Assembly (NCBI GenBank): GCA_964614285.1
Contig: CAZTKV010000001.1
Span: forward strand, 23,811-68,937
Source: an uncultured Chitinophaga sp.
Lineage (GTDB): Bacteria > Bacteroidota > Bacteroidia > Chitinophagales > Chitinophagaceae
Direction: 5' to 3'
DNA: 45,127 nucleotides
Positions 9,223 to 18,062 of this stretch are shown piece after piece. Below the pieces are notes generated by a model. The model did no database searches and had not been told where the DNA came from. It saw only the letters and a program-made list of their open reading frames with translations. Each line of letters opens with the position of its first letter. The stretch's first letter is position 1. Made by a program: the position numbers and the translations under genes.

Positions 9223-10152
9223 TTAGTTCCGTGCAGCAGTGCCGGGTAAGTCGGTTGTTTCTGCCGCAGTCACCTCAGGCTGGTTCATAATATGATCAAC
9301 CGCTTTCTGTGCCATACCCGCTGCCTGTACCATAAACCGCTTATCTCCCTTAAGCTTTGCAAGCCATCCGTTAATGTATGCTGCTGAATGCTTCACTTGT
9401 TTTTCCAAGATGCCGGCATGTGAGGATAGATAAGCAGAACCTAACTCCGCTACCAACTCTTCCAGGCTATACATCTCCGAACCGAACTCAGCCATCTGAG
9501 TAATGGTTTTCCGGTTCAAACGTTTTTCAGCGCCGGTGCTGTGCACCAGCTCATGAAAAAGAGTGGCATAGTAGCCTTCCACCGTTTTAAATGTCTTCCG
9601 CTTCGGCATATTGATAAAGTCACCATCAATCTGGTAATAGGCAGATGGTTCTTTATGTTTTATTGCTGGCGGGTTTGGCATCTTCGCAACCACTCCTTCA
9701 CATTCAGGTATTGCCAGAAACTCATTGGTAAATAATGGTTGAAAAGGCTCTACAAGCCCTTCAGGTAAATCCCGGCACTGGCTGATGTTATACACCTTGT
9801 AATAGCGGAGAATAGGAACTTTCTTTTCATTCTCTCCCTCTAAGGTGTCATCAGATTTAGGCGGTGTTTTCCAGTAGATAACTAAATGGCCGTGTTCTCC
9901 CTTCTTAACCGAGCCACCAATCTTTTTCAACTGATCCCAGGTGAGAAAGAAGTTTCGTTCATAGTCAAGTGAGAGCAGTAGCCAGAGATTGATCCCTCTA
10001 TACGGCCGTTTGCTGATAAGGTTTGCGGGTACACCCGCATCTGTCCATGGCTTTTGCCAGGGAACAGTGCCTGATTCCAAGAGAGACACAATACGATCTG
10101 TGACGATCTGATACACATCCAGCTTTGTAGATGCAGTGTTGTTTGAATCCAT
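9223..10152 (-). CDS. ardC: ArdC-family antirestriction protein (ssDNA-binding DUF1738 plus zincin-like metallopeptidase)
   Basis: VTDRIVSLLESGTVPWQKPW, RPYRGIN, GGSVKKGEHG, YYATLFHELVHSTG, YSLEELVAELGSA, HSAAYINGWL. Confidence 0.9.
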   Translation of the reverse strand: MDSNNTASTKLDVYQIVTDRIVSLLESGTVPWQKPWTDAGVPANLISKRPYRGINLWLLLSLDYERNFFLTWDQLKKIGGSVKKGEHGHLVIYWKTPPKSDDTLEGENEKKVPILRYYKVYNISQCRDLPEGLVEPFQPLFTNEFLAIPECEGVVAKMPNPPAIKHKEPSAYYQIDGDFINMPKRKTFKTVEGYYATLFHELVHSTGAEKRLNRKTITQMAEFGSEMYSLEELVAELGSAYLSSHAGILEKQVKHSAAYINGWLAKLKGDKRFMVQAAGMAQKAVDHIMNQPEVTAAETTDLPGTAARN

Positions 10153-10300
10153 AATTCAATGATTTAAGTGATGAACAAATTGTTTTCATCACTGAGTGTA
10201 TCGAAACGAGGGGAGAGATATAAGGGAGGGAAATTTGCTTATAATGCATAACCCTGAAAAAACAATCTGTTCCCCCAGTTTGCCAAATAACAAGAGTTAG

Positions 10301-11050
10301 TTAAAAAGGACTGGAATCAATCCCTTTTGGTGATACCCAGTCACCGGATTCAAATATATCTGATATGGAACGCATGCCCTGGATACGATATTCAATTAGA
10401 TTCAGTTTCTGTAATCGATATTCTATTGCGGTAAAGGATACCTTAAAGAAATTACTTAATTCAACAATAATATCCCGATAAATGATTTTATTCCAAGATT
10501 CATCATCAACAAAGATTTTTCCCGGATTTCTAATTGCCTTCTCCTGTTGTTTTAATCGGAGTGCCTTGCGGACAATTAGCTCAGGCATTAAGAGAGCGGT
10601 TGCATAAGTATTTGCTTGCCATTCAAGCCATTCACTTTCTGTAGAGAAATTACTTTTTTCTCTGTACACTTCTTTTACTGTATCCGTTGGCTCATTACCC
10701 TCAGATTCATTCCGAATGAAAGTTATCTTTCTGTGTAGTGCGAGATGTCCGAGTTCGTGTGCAAGAGTAAAATTAAATTTATTATAATCTTCTTTTAGTG
10801 CCTTATCAACGATTACTACCCGTTTCTTAAGGTTAGTAGCTCCCAAAATTCGCTCTCCATTATCTGCAAACCCAAGTGAGGCATTAAAATCAAAAATAAC
10901 ACCATGCTTTTCAGCTAGAAATATTGTTAACTCAATGAGTGGTGTTGCCAGTACATACTCAAAAAAATCAGGCCGATATAATCGGAGCAATGTCGCAGTT
11001 CTTTCCTCTATTTCATGTGCAGAAAGTATTAAACGCCCCTGAATTTTCAT
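10301..11050 (-). CDS. ImmA/IrrE-family metallopeptidase (DUF955)
   Basis: NFTLAHELGH (HExxH), EWQANTYATALLMP, C-terminal HTH-like LSNFFKVSFTAIEYRL. Confidence 0.88.
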   Translation of the reverse strand: MKIQGRLILSAHEIEERTATLLRLYRPDFFEYVLATPLIELTIFLAEKHGVIFDFNASLGFADNGERILGATNLKKRVVIVDKALKEDYNKFNFTLAHELGHLALHRKITFIRNESEGNEPTDTVKEVYREKSNFSTESEWLEWQANTYATALLMPELIVRKALRLKQQEKAIRNPGKIFVDDESWNKIIYRDIIVELSNFFKVSFTAIEYRLQKLNLIEYRIQGMRSISDIFESGDWVSPKGIDSSPF

Positions 11051-11051
11051 A

Positions 11052-11075
11052 ATAAGCAGTAAATTTACTGCTTAT
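11052..11075. promoter_or_regulatory. 24-bp perfect palindrome spanning the divergent intergenic gap (bidirectional promoter or operator)
   Basis: ATAAGCAGTAAA|TTTACTGCTTAT; the central TAAATTTA resembles the -7 box on both strands. Confidence 0.65.
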
Positions 11076-11688
11076 GGATACAACAGCAAAAGGGACTGCT
11101 TTTGAAATAAAGGTAAAAAGCATTGTGGAGGAACTCCTTAAGGATGGAGAGTTCAGTATCGCTGGCAACTTCTATGAGGTCTTTCATAAGAAGGGTTACT
11201 ATTCTGACAAAAGAAAAAGTGATATAATTATTGATCTCTCAATTGAGTTTCGAAGAACTGAAATAGCAAACCCCTCGTTATATGTCTTTATTGAATGCAA
11301 GGATTATAAAACACCGGTACCCGTTAGCGACATTGAAGAATTCTATGCTAAAGCAAACCAAATTTCAGGTGTCAATGTAAAAGCATTGCTTTTTACCACC
11401 TCAAGCATACAAGAAGGAGGATTTACGTTTGCAAATTCTGTGGGCATGGGTATTGTTAGGATTCTTGATGATGATTCACTTTCTTGGATGATAGAACGAA
11501 CAACCAGGCATCTTGTAGCGGGAGCACCCAATTCGGTAAGCACTAATGTTATGAATGCGTTGCTAAATGAATACTTTGTTTCAACAAAGCATGACACTTT
11601 TGCTTTTGCCAATGCGGTAGCATCATATCAGGTTAAGGGCATCATTTCTTCATTACTTCATGACATTAACCAAGAACCCTCAAAATAA
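11074..11688 (+). CDS. Mrr-like PD-(D/E)xK restriction endonuclease domain protein
   Basis: KGTAFE, IDLSI...IECKDY, VPVSDIEEFYAK, FTTSSIQEGG. Confidence 0.8.
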   Translation: MDTTAKGTAFEIKVKSIVEELLKDGEFSIAGNFYEVFHKKGYYSDKRKSDIIIDLSIEFRRTEIANPSLYVFIECKDYKTPVPVSDIEEFYAKANQISGVNVKALLFTTSSIQEGGFTFANSVGMGIVRILDDDSLSWMIERTTRHLVAGAPNSVSTNVMNALLNEYFVSTKHDTFAFANAVASYQVKGIISSLLHDINQEPSK

Positions 11689-11754
11689 ATAGAGGAAGTA
11701 GGAGAAGATAAGACAAAACAAAAGCAGGACCGATTGTCCTGCTTTGTTGGCGTG

Positions 11755-12219
11755 CTAGTGATAGAGCATGGCTACCGCAACCGCCTCAAACATTTTGATA
11801 TAGTACTTGTTTTTGTTCCTGAGTTCCTTTTTATGATAGTACAGCAATTGAGGAAACCGCTGAACCAATACCTGCATGAGTGCATTCCTTGTTTTCCACC
11901 CATCTGCAGGACACAGTGAGTATACCTGACTCATTGTTTTGGTATGGACGGCAATGCTTCTTTCCTTGCAAAATGTCTTTATGACTCCAATCAACTCACG
12001 AAAGGCAGCTGTTTGGTGATGCCGGGGAGGGATTGACAAAATGACCTCTGTAATACAGTATCTGCGCACACACGGCTCCAGGCTGGTGATGATCCGGGTT
12101 GCTTTCGACGGTGACCACGAGGCTTTGTACAGACGTACTTGATACTCTGTCAGAAGCCCTTTATGGATAATCGCTGTCCCAAGGAGCCGTGTGTTCGTAC
12201 TAATGCCGAGCACCGCCAT
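11755..12219 (-). CDS. Hypothetical protein, RuvC/RNase H-like fold with degenerate active site
   Basis: MAVLGISTNTRLLGTAII (compare RuvC ILGIDPG..TG) and C-terminal MFEAVAVA (compare DAxAxA). Start 12219 overlaps the upstream gene end. Confidence 0.5.
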   Translation of the reverse strand: MAVLGISTNTRLLGTAIIHKGLLTEYQVRLYKASWSPSKATRIITSLEPCVRRYCITEVILSIPPRHHQTAAFRELIGVIKTFCKERSIAVHTKTMSQVYSLCPADGWKTRNALMQVLVQRFPQLLYYHKKELRNKNKYYIKMFEAVAVAMLYH

Positions 12220-12439
12220 AACGGCGCTGCTGGTTGATAAGGAAAGTGTAGAGAGCCGCACGGCTCTTTTTGATTTTGTCCTCAGGAATAGACATCACTT
12301 TGTTGAGCACGGAGCGAAGATGTTCTTCCGTATAAGTACGGACTAATTGCAGATGCAGGGCCAGGGAATCTTCATCTTTGAGTGTATGTGCGATTTCCTG
12401 GGCAAGCCGAAGTTCTGCATTTGAATAATCATGGTGCAT
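12200..12439 (-). CDS. Small helical hypothetical protein (79 aa)
   Basis: Clean ATG ORF, amphipathic helices, overlaps the next gene and follows an XRE gene in the same direction. Confidence 0.65.
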   Translation of the reverse strand: MHHDYSNAELRLAQEIAHTLKDEDSLALHLQLVRTYTEEHLRSVLNKVMSIPEDKIKKSRAALYTFLINQQRRYGGARH

Positions 12440-12649
12440 AAGAATACAAGAGTTACTTATAACCTTCTCTTAATGGTATCGAAACGTAACGTTATTATTT
12501 ATCCTTCGTATCGTTCGTTATATAGAGAGAATTTTGAAAACACACATTCTCCCAACTTCACCAGAGAAGAAAAGAAAAGGACACCGACAATGTCCTTTTC
12601 AAAGATGCTGCGATGCAGCGGTACCAGTCTATCTTTTACATATGACGTT

Positions 12650-12919
12650 TTATGAATAGCTGCTAAACGGCTCATCACTGAGCATGCGGTATTCTTCAGC
12701 AAGCTGTATCCACAATTCACTAAAAAGCTCTTGTGGCTGGGTACGGTATATCCGGGCAAGACGGAATACTTGCACGATGCTGGGGAATGAGACTCCTGCT
12801 TCCCAACGGGAGAGTGAGGAGGTATCTGATAACCCGAGCATGCGTGCCACTTTCTTTTGAGAGTACCCGCTGCACTGCCGGAAGAATCGCAATTTGTTTG
12901 GAAACCGACTATTTTCCAT
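12650..12919 (-). CDS. XRE-family HTH transcriptional regulator
   Basis: NKLRFFRQCSGYSQKKVARMLG...SLSRWEAGVSFP. Confidence 0.85.
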   Translation of the reverse strand: MENSRFPNKLRFFRQCSGYSQKKVARMLGLSDTSSLSRWEAGVSFPSIVQVFRLARIYRTQPQELFSELWIQLAEEYRMLSDEPFSSYS

Positions 12920-13314
12920 GCAGATAGTCTAAACAAGTATGAGCAGTGATATAAGGGAGGGTATTTTGTGGATTACGCAAATGCTGGGGATAACTCAATG
13001 GACCTAATATCCAGATGCGTTTGAATAAACTAAAGTGATCGTTATTATTCTAATACTACAGCCAGTGATAGTTGTAATCGGCCCCGGGAAAAAAATACCA
13101 CTTGTCTATCTAAATTAACAATTCATCAAAAATATTATTGAGAATCAGCACGTTTATACAAGGCAAAATAGAAAAGTTGGTCAATAAATTTGATAGATTA
13201 TGAGGTTCTTCTTACCTTGAGTAGGCGATAATTACCCTACTGGTTTTATAGACTATGGCGTAATTGTTGTATATACTTAGTATAAATTGACATCCGATCT
13301 TTCTTTTTTAAATA

Positions 13315-13358
13315 GGAAAAAGGCACCTCGAAACATTAGCTAGAATCTCGGTGCCTTT
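13315..13358 (-). terminator. Terminator after the small ORF
   Basis: AAAGGCACC..GGTGCCTTT inverted repeat, ending in a U-run on the minus strand. Confidence 0.55.
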
Positions 13359-13365
13359 GAAACAG

Positions 13366-13533
13366 CTACTTCTTGTTCTTGTGATTCTTGTATTTCCGAT
13401 ACAGGAGCAAACTGAACCGGATGAAGAATTCATGAATCAGGAAATGCTGTAAGTCGGTACAAATCAATACCAGTACCATGTGTGACTGGTCGAGGCCTCG
13501 CAGGATCGCCTCGTTGTTTTGTAGACTTGACAT
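13366..13533 (-). CDS. 55-aa small protein with hydrophobic core and basic tail (below the ORF-track cutoff)
   Basis: MSSLQNNEAILRGLDQSHMVLVLICTDLQHFLIHEFFIRFSLLLYRKYKNHKNKK*, with a terminator 7 nt after the stop. Confidence 0.45.
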   Translation of the reverse strand: MSSLQNNEAILRGLDQSHMVLVLICTDLQHFLIHEFFIRFSLLLYRKYKNHKNKK

Positions 13534-14144
13534 AACCTACGTTTTAAAAGGTTATGAATTGGGCTGCCACGTGGATCACCGGGCAGCCCATTTGCATTAT
13601 GCAGAACTCGGGTCGATACCCAGGAGAAATTGGGGTTTTGAATTTTTTTCATACCTGTCATGACACATGTCCGAGTGTCACGGTTTTGTTTTGAATGATG
13701 CTAGGAAGACTGACTGGAAATAGCAGTATACTAATTCCTAAAGGTGCAAGATGATTTTGCCACCTTTCTGCATTAATTGTCTCCATTTCATTTTTGTTTT
13801 TTTGATTTTTGAATAATTGTTTCTACCTGTGAGTAACACTGCCAGGTTAGCAATGGGAGAAGTAGTGTACCTGTACACCCTGCCCCGATAAATCGATTTG
13901 ATTTACATAGCAACCTCCTTTTACTTTTGAAGTAATTAATTCCCGCGCAGTTTGGTTTTGGATTCAACTAAGCACATGAAGTCATGCTATATGGATAGTT
14001 GAGTTAACTGAAGAAAGTATACACCACTTTCGAATTGCCAATTGGTCTTTTGGGTTTAGTAAGCGAGAATTGATACTAATTTAATATTTTAATTGGCTAA
14101 CGTGTGTTAGTTTAATGATTTCTTTTTACTTTTTCTAAAAATTT

Positions 14145-14699
14145 ATGAGCCGACCTGACATTATTAGAAAGATTGGATCTTTTTTGACCAAAGTCTCGTT
14201 TTCACAAGAGTCCGAGGTCATCTATTTCCTTGTGGAAATAAGGAAAGTCCTAGATAGGGATGAGAACAGAAATTATCCTGTACTGCGGTTTTATTGTGAT
14301 TGGAGTGTACATGTTTCTAAAGACCGAATCACTCCAGAAATGACAGCAATAATGAAGGAAATTTTTGATGAAATTCAATTTCAGGTTAAAAGTGGTCAAA
14401 GAATTGTTGAAATCCAAGCCATTAAACGGTTTATGTATATGGACGAACTAAGGGCGGAAATAACCAGATTCTTGGCAAATTATGGTTTACCTACGGAACT
14501 AATAGCTGAAGAAGAAATTTGGCTGCAGTTTATCACCTCCATTGTACAGATATTAACTGATCAACCAATTATCAAGCCCTGTAAAGAAATTCAAAAGTTT
14601 TCGTTTATGCCATCAAGATTTGGTTGTGTGAGAGGAGTAGTCTTATTTACTGAAAAAATTGGAGAGTACGGCTACCTTGAATTTGGCAATGCATACTAA
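14145..14699 (+). CDS. Hypothetical protein (184 aa)
   Basis: Long AT-rich ORF with an A-rich leader; motif-like YFLVEIRK...LRFYCDWSVH. No family recognised. Confidence 0.7.
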   Translation: MSRPDIIRKIGSFLTKVSFSQESEVIYFLVEIRKVLDRDENRNYPVLRFYCDWSVHVSKDRITPEMTAIMKEIFDEIQFQVKSGQRIVEIQAIKRFMYMDELRAEITRFLANYGLPTELIAEEEIWLQFITSIVQILTDQPIIKPCKEIQKFSFMPSRFGCVRGVVLFTEKIGEYGYLEFGNAY

Positions 14700-14752
14700 A
14701 CCCACTATGATACTATGGGCAATCCTTGAGATTCTTATATAATGAAATGAAT

Positions 14753-15886
14753 CTAATAGCCTTTTTGTTTCAGGATTTTAATCAGCTCCATTGGATCAAC
14801 AGGATCATCCGTATTTCTCATAACTAATCTGATGATTTCACTGGGATTAAACGGAGTTTTAATCCGGACATTTTGATCTGTATTATGAGCAACCGCTTCA
14901 TTTAAATCATCAGGATTGAGTTTGAGTATTATTTCATCTTCTAAGTCTTTAATTGGTTTTTCAGACGAAAAATCTTGATCGAACCGATCAATCCTCATCT
15001 CTTTGTGATTAATTCCTTGGGTGAATAAAGGAGGATACAATGGAAAAGTAATAGGTACTGTCGAGGAATAGAAGAAAGCATCATTCCTGTTTAAAGGAAC
15101 TGGCAGTGCGAAAATCATGTTTTGAAAATATAGCGCTAGCACATGAGTATGCACCTTATCATATAAACTCTTTTTTCTAAATAAATATGCGTGTGGCGTA
15201 TACGTTAAAGAAAGAGGGAGTATATATCCATTTACTACACACCCATTGAGATTAATGTTGTTATCGTTCATCAGGAAATAAATGGATGCCAGATAATCCT
15301 TAGTAATTTCTTTTTCAGGAATAAGAGAAAGAGCGATTTTTAGTAAGGCTTTATATACTCGCACTGGTCGAAAAGGGTTTTTCTTTATCTTAAGAGTGAT
15401 GATACCATTCTCCCTATCAACATTGATTGTTCTATTCGAACTGTCATCCCGACTAATAACAAGTGTTTCTTGATCTAAAATTGATTCAGATTTTGCTTTA
15501 ATCGCTTTACCTGGGGCAGTAAAGGCAGAAACTTTCTTTTTGGTTTTTGTCCGAGTGAGTGTTCGTGAAATGCCAAGATAATTTGCCAAATCATTTTCAA
15601 ACTCTTTTCCAAAATATTCATTACAAGTATCGCATTCAAAATCTGAAAACAACCCTTTATTCCCAATCATTTCAGGCATTAAGTGAGCAACTTTCTTGAA
15701 TTTGGTAGCGGAACTGTCTTTCCCACAGAACCGGCACACTCTTTTCGCTTTCGATTTCAAAGTTTTCATATTTGACTCAAATGAAAAATGAACAGACATC
15801 AAATTATAGTGTGATGCGAATTTTTTCATCACTTCTTCGTAATCTTCGTGAGCAGTCAATAAAATAGTGTTTTCACTTTCATTCAT
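14753..15886 (-). CDS. HNH endonuclease (CxxC..AH..CxxCN) with large C-terminal domain
   Basis: RVCRFCGK...KVAHLMPEMIGN...ECDTCNEYFG. TACTTTTG box at 15920-15927 supports start 15886. Confidence 0.8.
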   Translation of the reverse strand: MNESENTILLTAHEDYEEVMKKFASHYNLMSVHFSFESNMKTLKSKAKRVCRFCGKDSSATKFKKVAHLMPEMIGNKGLFSDFECDTCNEYFGKEFENDLANYLGISRTLTRTKTKKKVSAFTAPGKAIKAKSESILDQETLVISRDDSSNRTINVDRENGIITLKIKKNPFRPVRVYKALLKIALSLIPEKEITKDYLASIYFLMNDNNINLNGCVVNGYILPLSLTYTPHAYLFRKKSLYDKVHTHVLALYFQNMIFALPVPLNRNDAFFYSSTVPITFPLYPPLFTQGINHKEMRIDRFDQDFSSEKPIKDLEDEIILKLNPDDLNEAVAHNTDQNVRIKTPFNPSEIIRLVMRNTDDPVDPMELIKILKQKGY

Positions 15887-16079
15887 GGTGAAAGGGATTG
15901 GTATATTGCATTGATTGTACAAAAGTAGACATCCTACTGTTTGTAGATAAGCTTTTTATTCAATTAGTCCAATTAAAGTACAGCAAAATCAATCTAAATT
16001 AATTGAGCCATTTTTATCAAAGCACCAGTAGGTTTGTTAGTGCCTGTTTGATAAGATACATTTCAAGGATATTGCATAG

Positions 16080-17720
16080 TTAAATCACATCATTGTTTTC
16101 AACCTTTTCTTCTTGAGAATTTATGATAATATCAAGTTCTGTAAGGTCATTTTTGATCTTGTTGAACACAGCCAAGAAATCTTCATCTGATAAGGCAGAG
16201 AAATTTGCGTGATTAAGGTGTCTGTATGAATGTTCTGGGTGGTCGACCACACGGAACTGTTTGGCAGTAAATAGGCTATTAAGCTTGAAAATGTTACATA
16301 TTTCCTGTGTTCGAAATTCTTGTCCGTCAAAAGTGACACCCTTGGGAAATTCGAACACCTGAATTTTTTTCTTTAATTCAAAGGGTAATTTTTGCCAATA
16401 AACACCGGGATTGGTAAAAAACTCTTTGAGTCCGAGGATACTGTTAATAGGGATTGAAGTACCTGTTTTAGAAACCTCCAACATCTTCTGAGTTTGCCAC
16501 AATTCATTTTCGATGAGGTCAAGTTGTTCTTTGAGGATTGCATCGCTGATTATGCCTGAGAAATTCTTCTCCAGGATCACTTGCTTTTTTTGCTGAAGCT
16601 GTAATTTCTTGTTCTCATAGCTCTGTATTTCAGCCTTGGAATTAATCTCACATTCTGACAGGATTGTTTTGACTTTGTTTACAATATAGGCATAGGCTCT
16701 CTCCGGCATTGCAAACCCATTGAGAAATTGAAGAAATAATTCTTCCAGCTCTGATTTCCTATATTCCTGATTGAGCCGGAGAAAGCGATAGTAGGGGTAT
16801 TTTTTCCTCTTTCCCTGCGACCAGGAACCAGTGAGTTTTTCTCCAGTGTGGGAAAAGACAAAACGCCTGAGAGGGAAGTCAGGATTTTCTATGATATAGT
16901 TCCTGCTGGTTTTCTTTGACTTGATTCTCCGCTGTACCTGGTTATAAAGTTCCTCACTGATTATCGGTTCAAAACTTCCCTTAATCCGCTGACCAAAACT
17001 AGCTATATTACCAGTATAAGTAATGTTGTTGAGGAGGCGATAAAAACGAGATTTCGCAAATGGTTTTCCGTCACCTTGAGTCAAGCCACGCTGTGCCATT
17101 CTCAACCTGACTTCATTGACTGAGAAAATGCCTGAAGCTACTTCATTGAAGGTCTGAACCACCAGGGGAGCTTTATCAGAAAGAACGAGGTTGGCCCTTC
17201 CATTGATTCTCCCATTGGTATACCCCACCGGAGCACTCCATACATACCTTCCCTCTTGCATGGCCTGTTTCATGCCTCCTACACAACGTTCTGTTCTGAC
17301 ATCATTGTCAAATTGAGCCACGTTAGCCAGAATATTCTCCATAAATCGGCCGGCAGGACTGTTTTCGAAAAATTCAGAGGTAGATTTTATCTCAACTCCA
17401 TACCGTTTGAGGTTAATACGGATCTGACTATAGTCATCGATATTGCGAGAAAGACGGTCTATTTTGTAAATGATGATTGCCTGAATATTATTTTTTTTCA
17501 CCGCACAAAAGCTAAGGAGTTTTCTCAGCTCTGTTCTATCAGCTGTTTTTGCACTTTCTCCCTGTTCAATAAATATATGAGCAACATGATACTGATGCTT
17601 TACTGCATACTCCCTGCACAGACGTTCTTGCGTTACCAGGCTATTCCCTTCCTCAACCTGTTCTTTAGTTGAAACCCTGCAATAGATGACTGCATTTTTT
17701 TGTTCATTGGGATGTTCCAT
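16080..17720 (-). CDS. Large serine recombinase (resolvase, recombinase and coiled-coil domains)
   Basis: YCRVST (catalytic Ser), GESAK, YKIDRLSRN, APVGY, FEPIISEELY. Zn-ribbon cysteines absent. Confidence 0.92.
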   Translation of the reverse strand: MEHPNEQKNAVIYCRVSTKEQVEEGNSLVTQERLCREYAVKHQYHVAHIFIEQGESAKTADRTELRKLLSFCAVKKNNIQAIIIYKIDRLSRNIDDYSQIRINLKRYGVEIKSTSEFFENSPAGRFMENILANVAQFDNDVRTERCVGGMKQAMQEGRYVWSAPVGYTNGRINGRANLVLSDKAPLVVQTFNEVASGIFSVNEVRLRMAQRGLTQGDGKPFAKSRFYRLLNNITYTGNIASFGQRIKGSFEPIISEELYNQVQRRIKSKKTSRNYIIENPDFPLRRFVFSHTGEKLTGSWSQGKRKKYPYYRFLRLNQEYRKSELEELFLQFLNGFAMPERAYAYIVNKVKTILSECEINSKAEIQSYENKKLQLQQKKQVILEKNFSGIISDAILKEQLDLIENELWQTQKMLEVSKTGTSIPINSILGLKEFFTNPGVYWQKLPFELKKKIQVFEFPKGVTFDGQEFRTQEICNIFKLNSLFTAKQFRVVDHPEHSYRHLNHANFSALSDEDFLAVFNKIKNDLTELDIIINSQEEKVENNDVI

Positions 17721-17964
17721 TTTTCGAATGCCATATAATACTTTCTGCTAAAATCTCAGCGAGTTGATCCAAAAGTTTCATATCTGAAATGCTTAGTTCC
17801 CTTTCCAATTCTAAACCCAAAGAGGGAGAACGTATACCGCCTTTGTTGCTACACAAAAGAGTTCGTTCTCCCTCATTGGACTCAAACAGTATTGAATTAG
17901 GGTATTCCCCTTTGTGTAGCGGTATAAGCATAGCAAAAACAGGTGTGATAGTAAACTGAGCCAT
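17704..17964 (-). CDS. Small hypothetical protein overlapping the recombinase start; start uncertain (17964 or 17931)
   Basis: Its stop overlaps the recombinase 5' end; helical C-terminus LLDQLAEILAESIIW. Confidence 0.4.
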   Translation of the reverse strand: MAQFTITPVFAMLIPLHKGEYPNSILFESNEGERTLLCSNKGGIRSPSLGLELERELSISDMKLLDQLAEILAESIIWHSKNGTSQ

Positions 17965-18062
17965 TATCACAAAAAGAAAGAGTTGAGATAAGACAGAAAA
18001 ATTTGTTCTATCTGCAAATAACCCTCCCTTTTCAGAAGTAACATGGTCAGTATTCTGTAGGG

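Noticed and set aside
13903-13922. AAGGAGG followed by ATG-TAA on the minus strand
   Set aside because: Bacteroidota rarely use Shine-Dalgarno sequences, and nothing else supports a start-stop element.
16225-16255. Possible att site in the serine recombinase 3' end (GTGGTCGACCAC palindrome)
   Set aside because: No partner site or convincing tRNA match found in the window.
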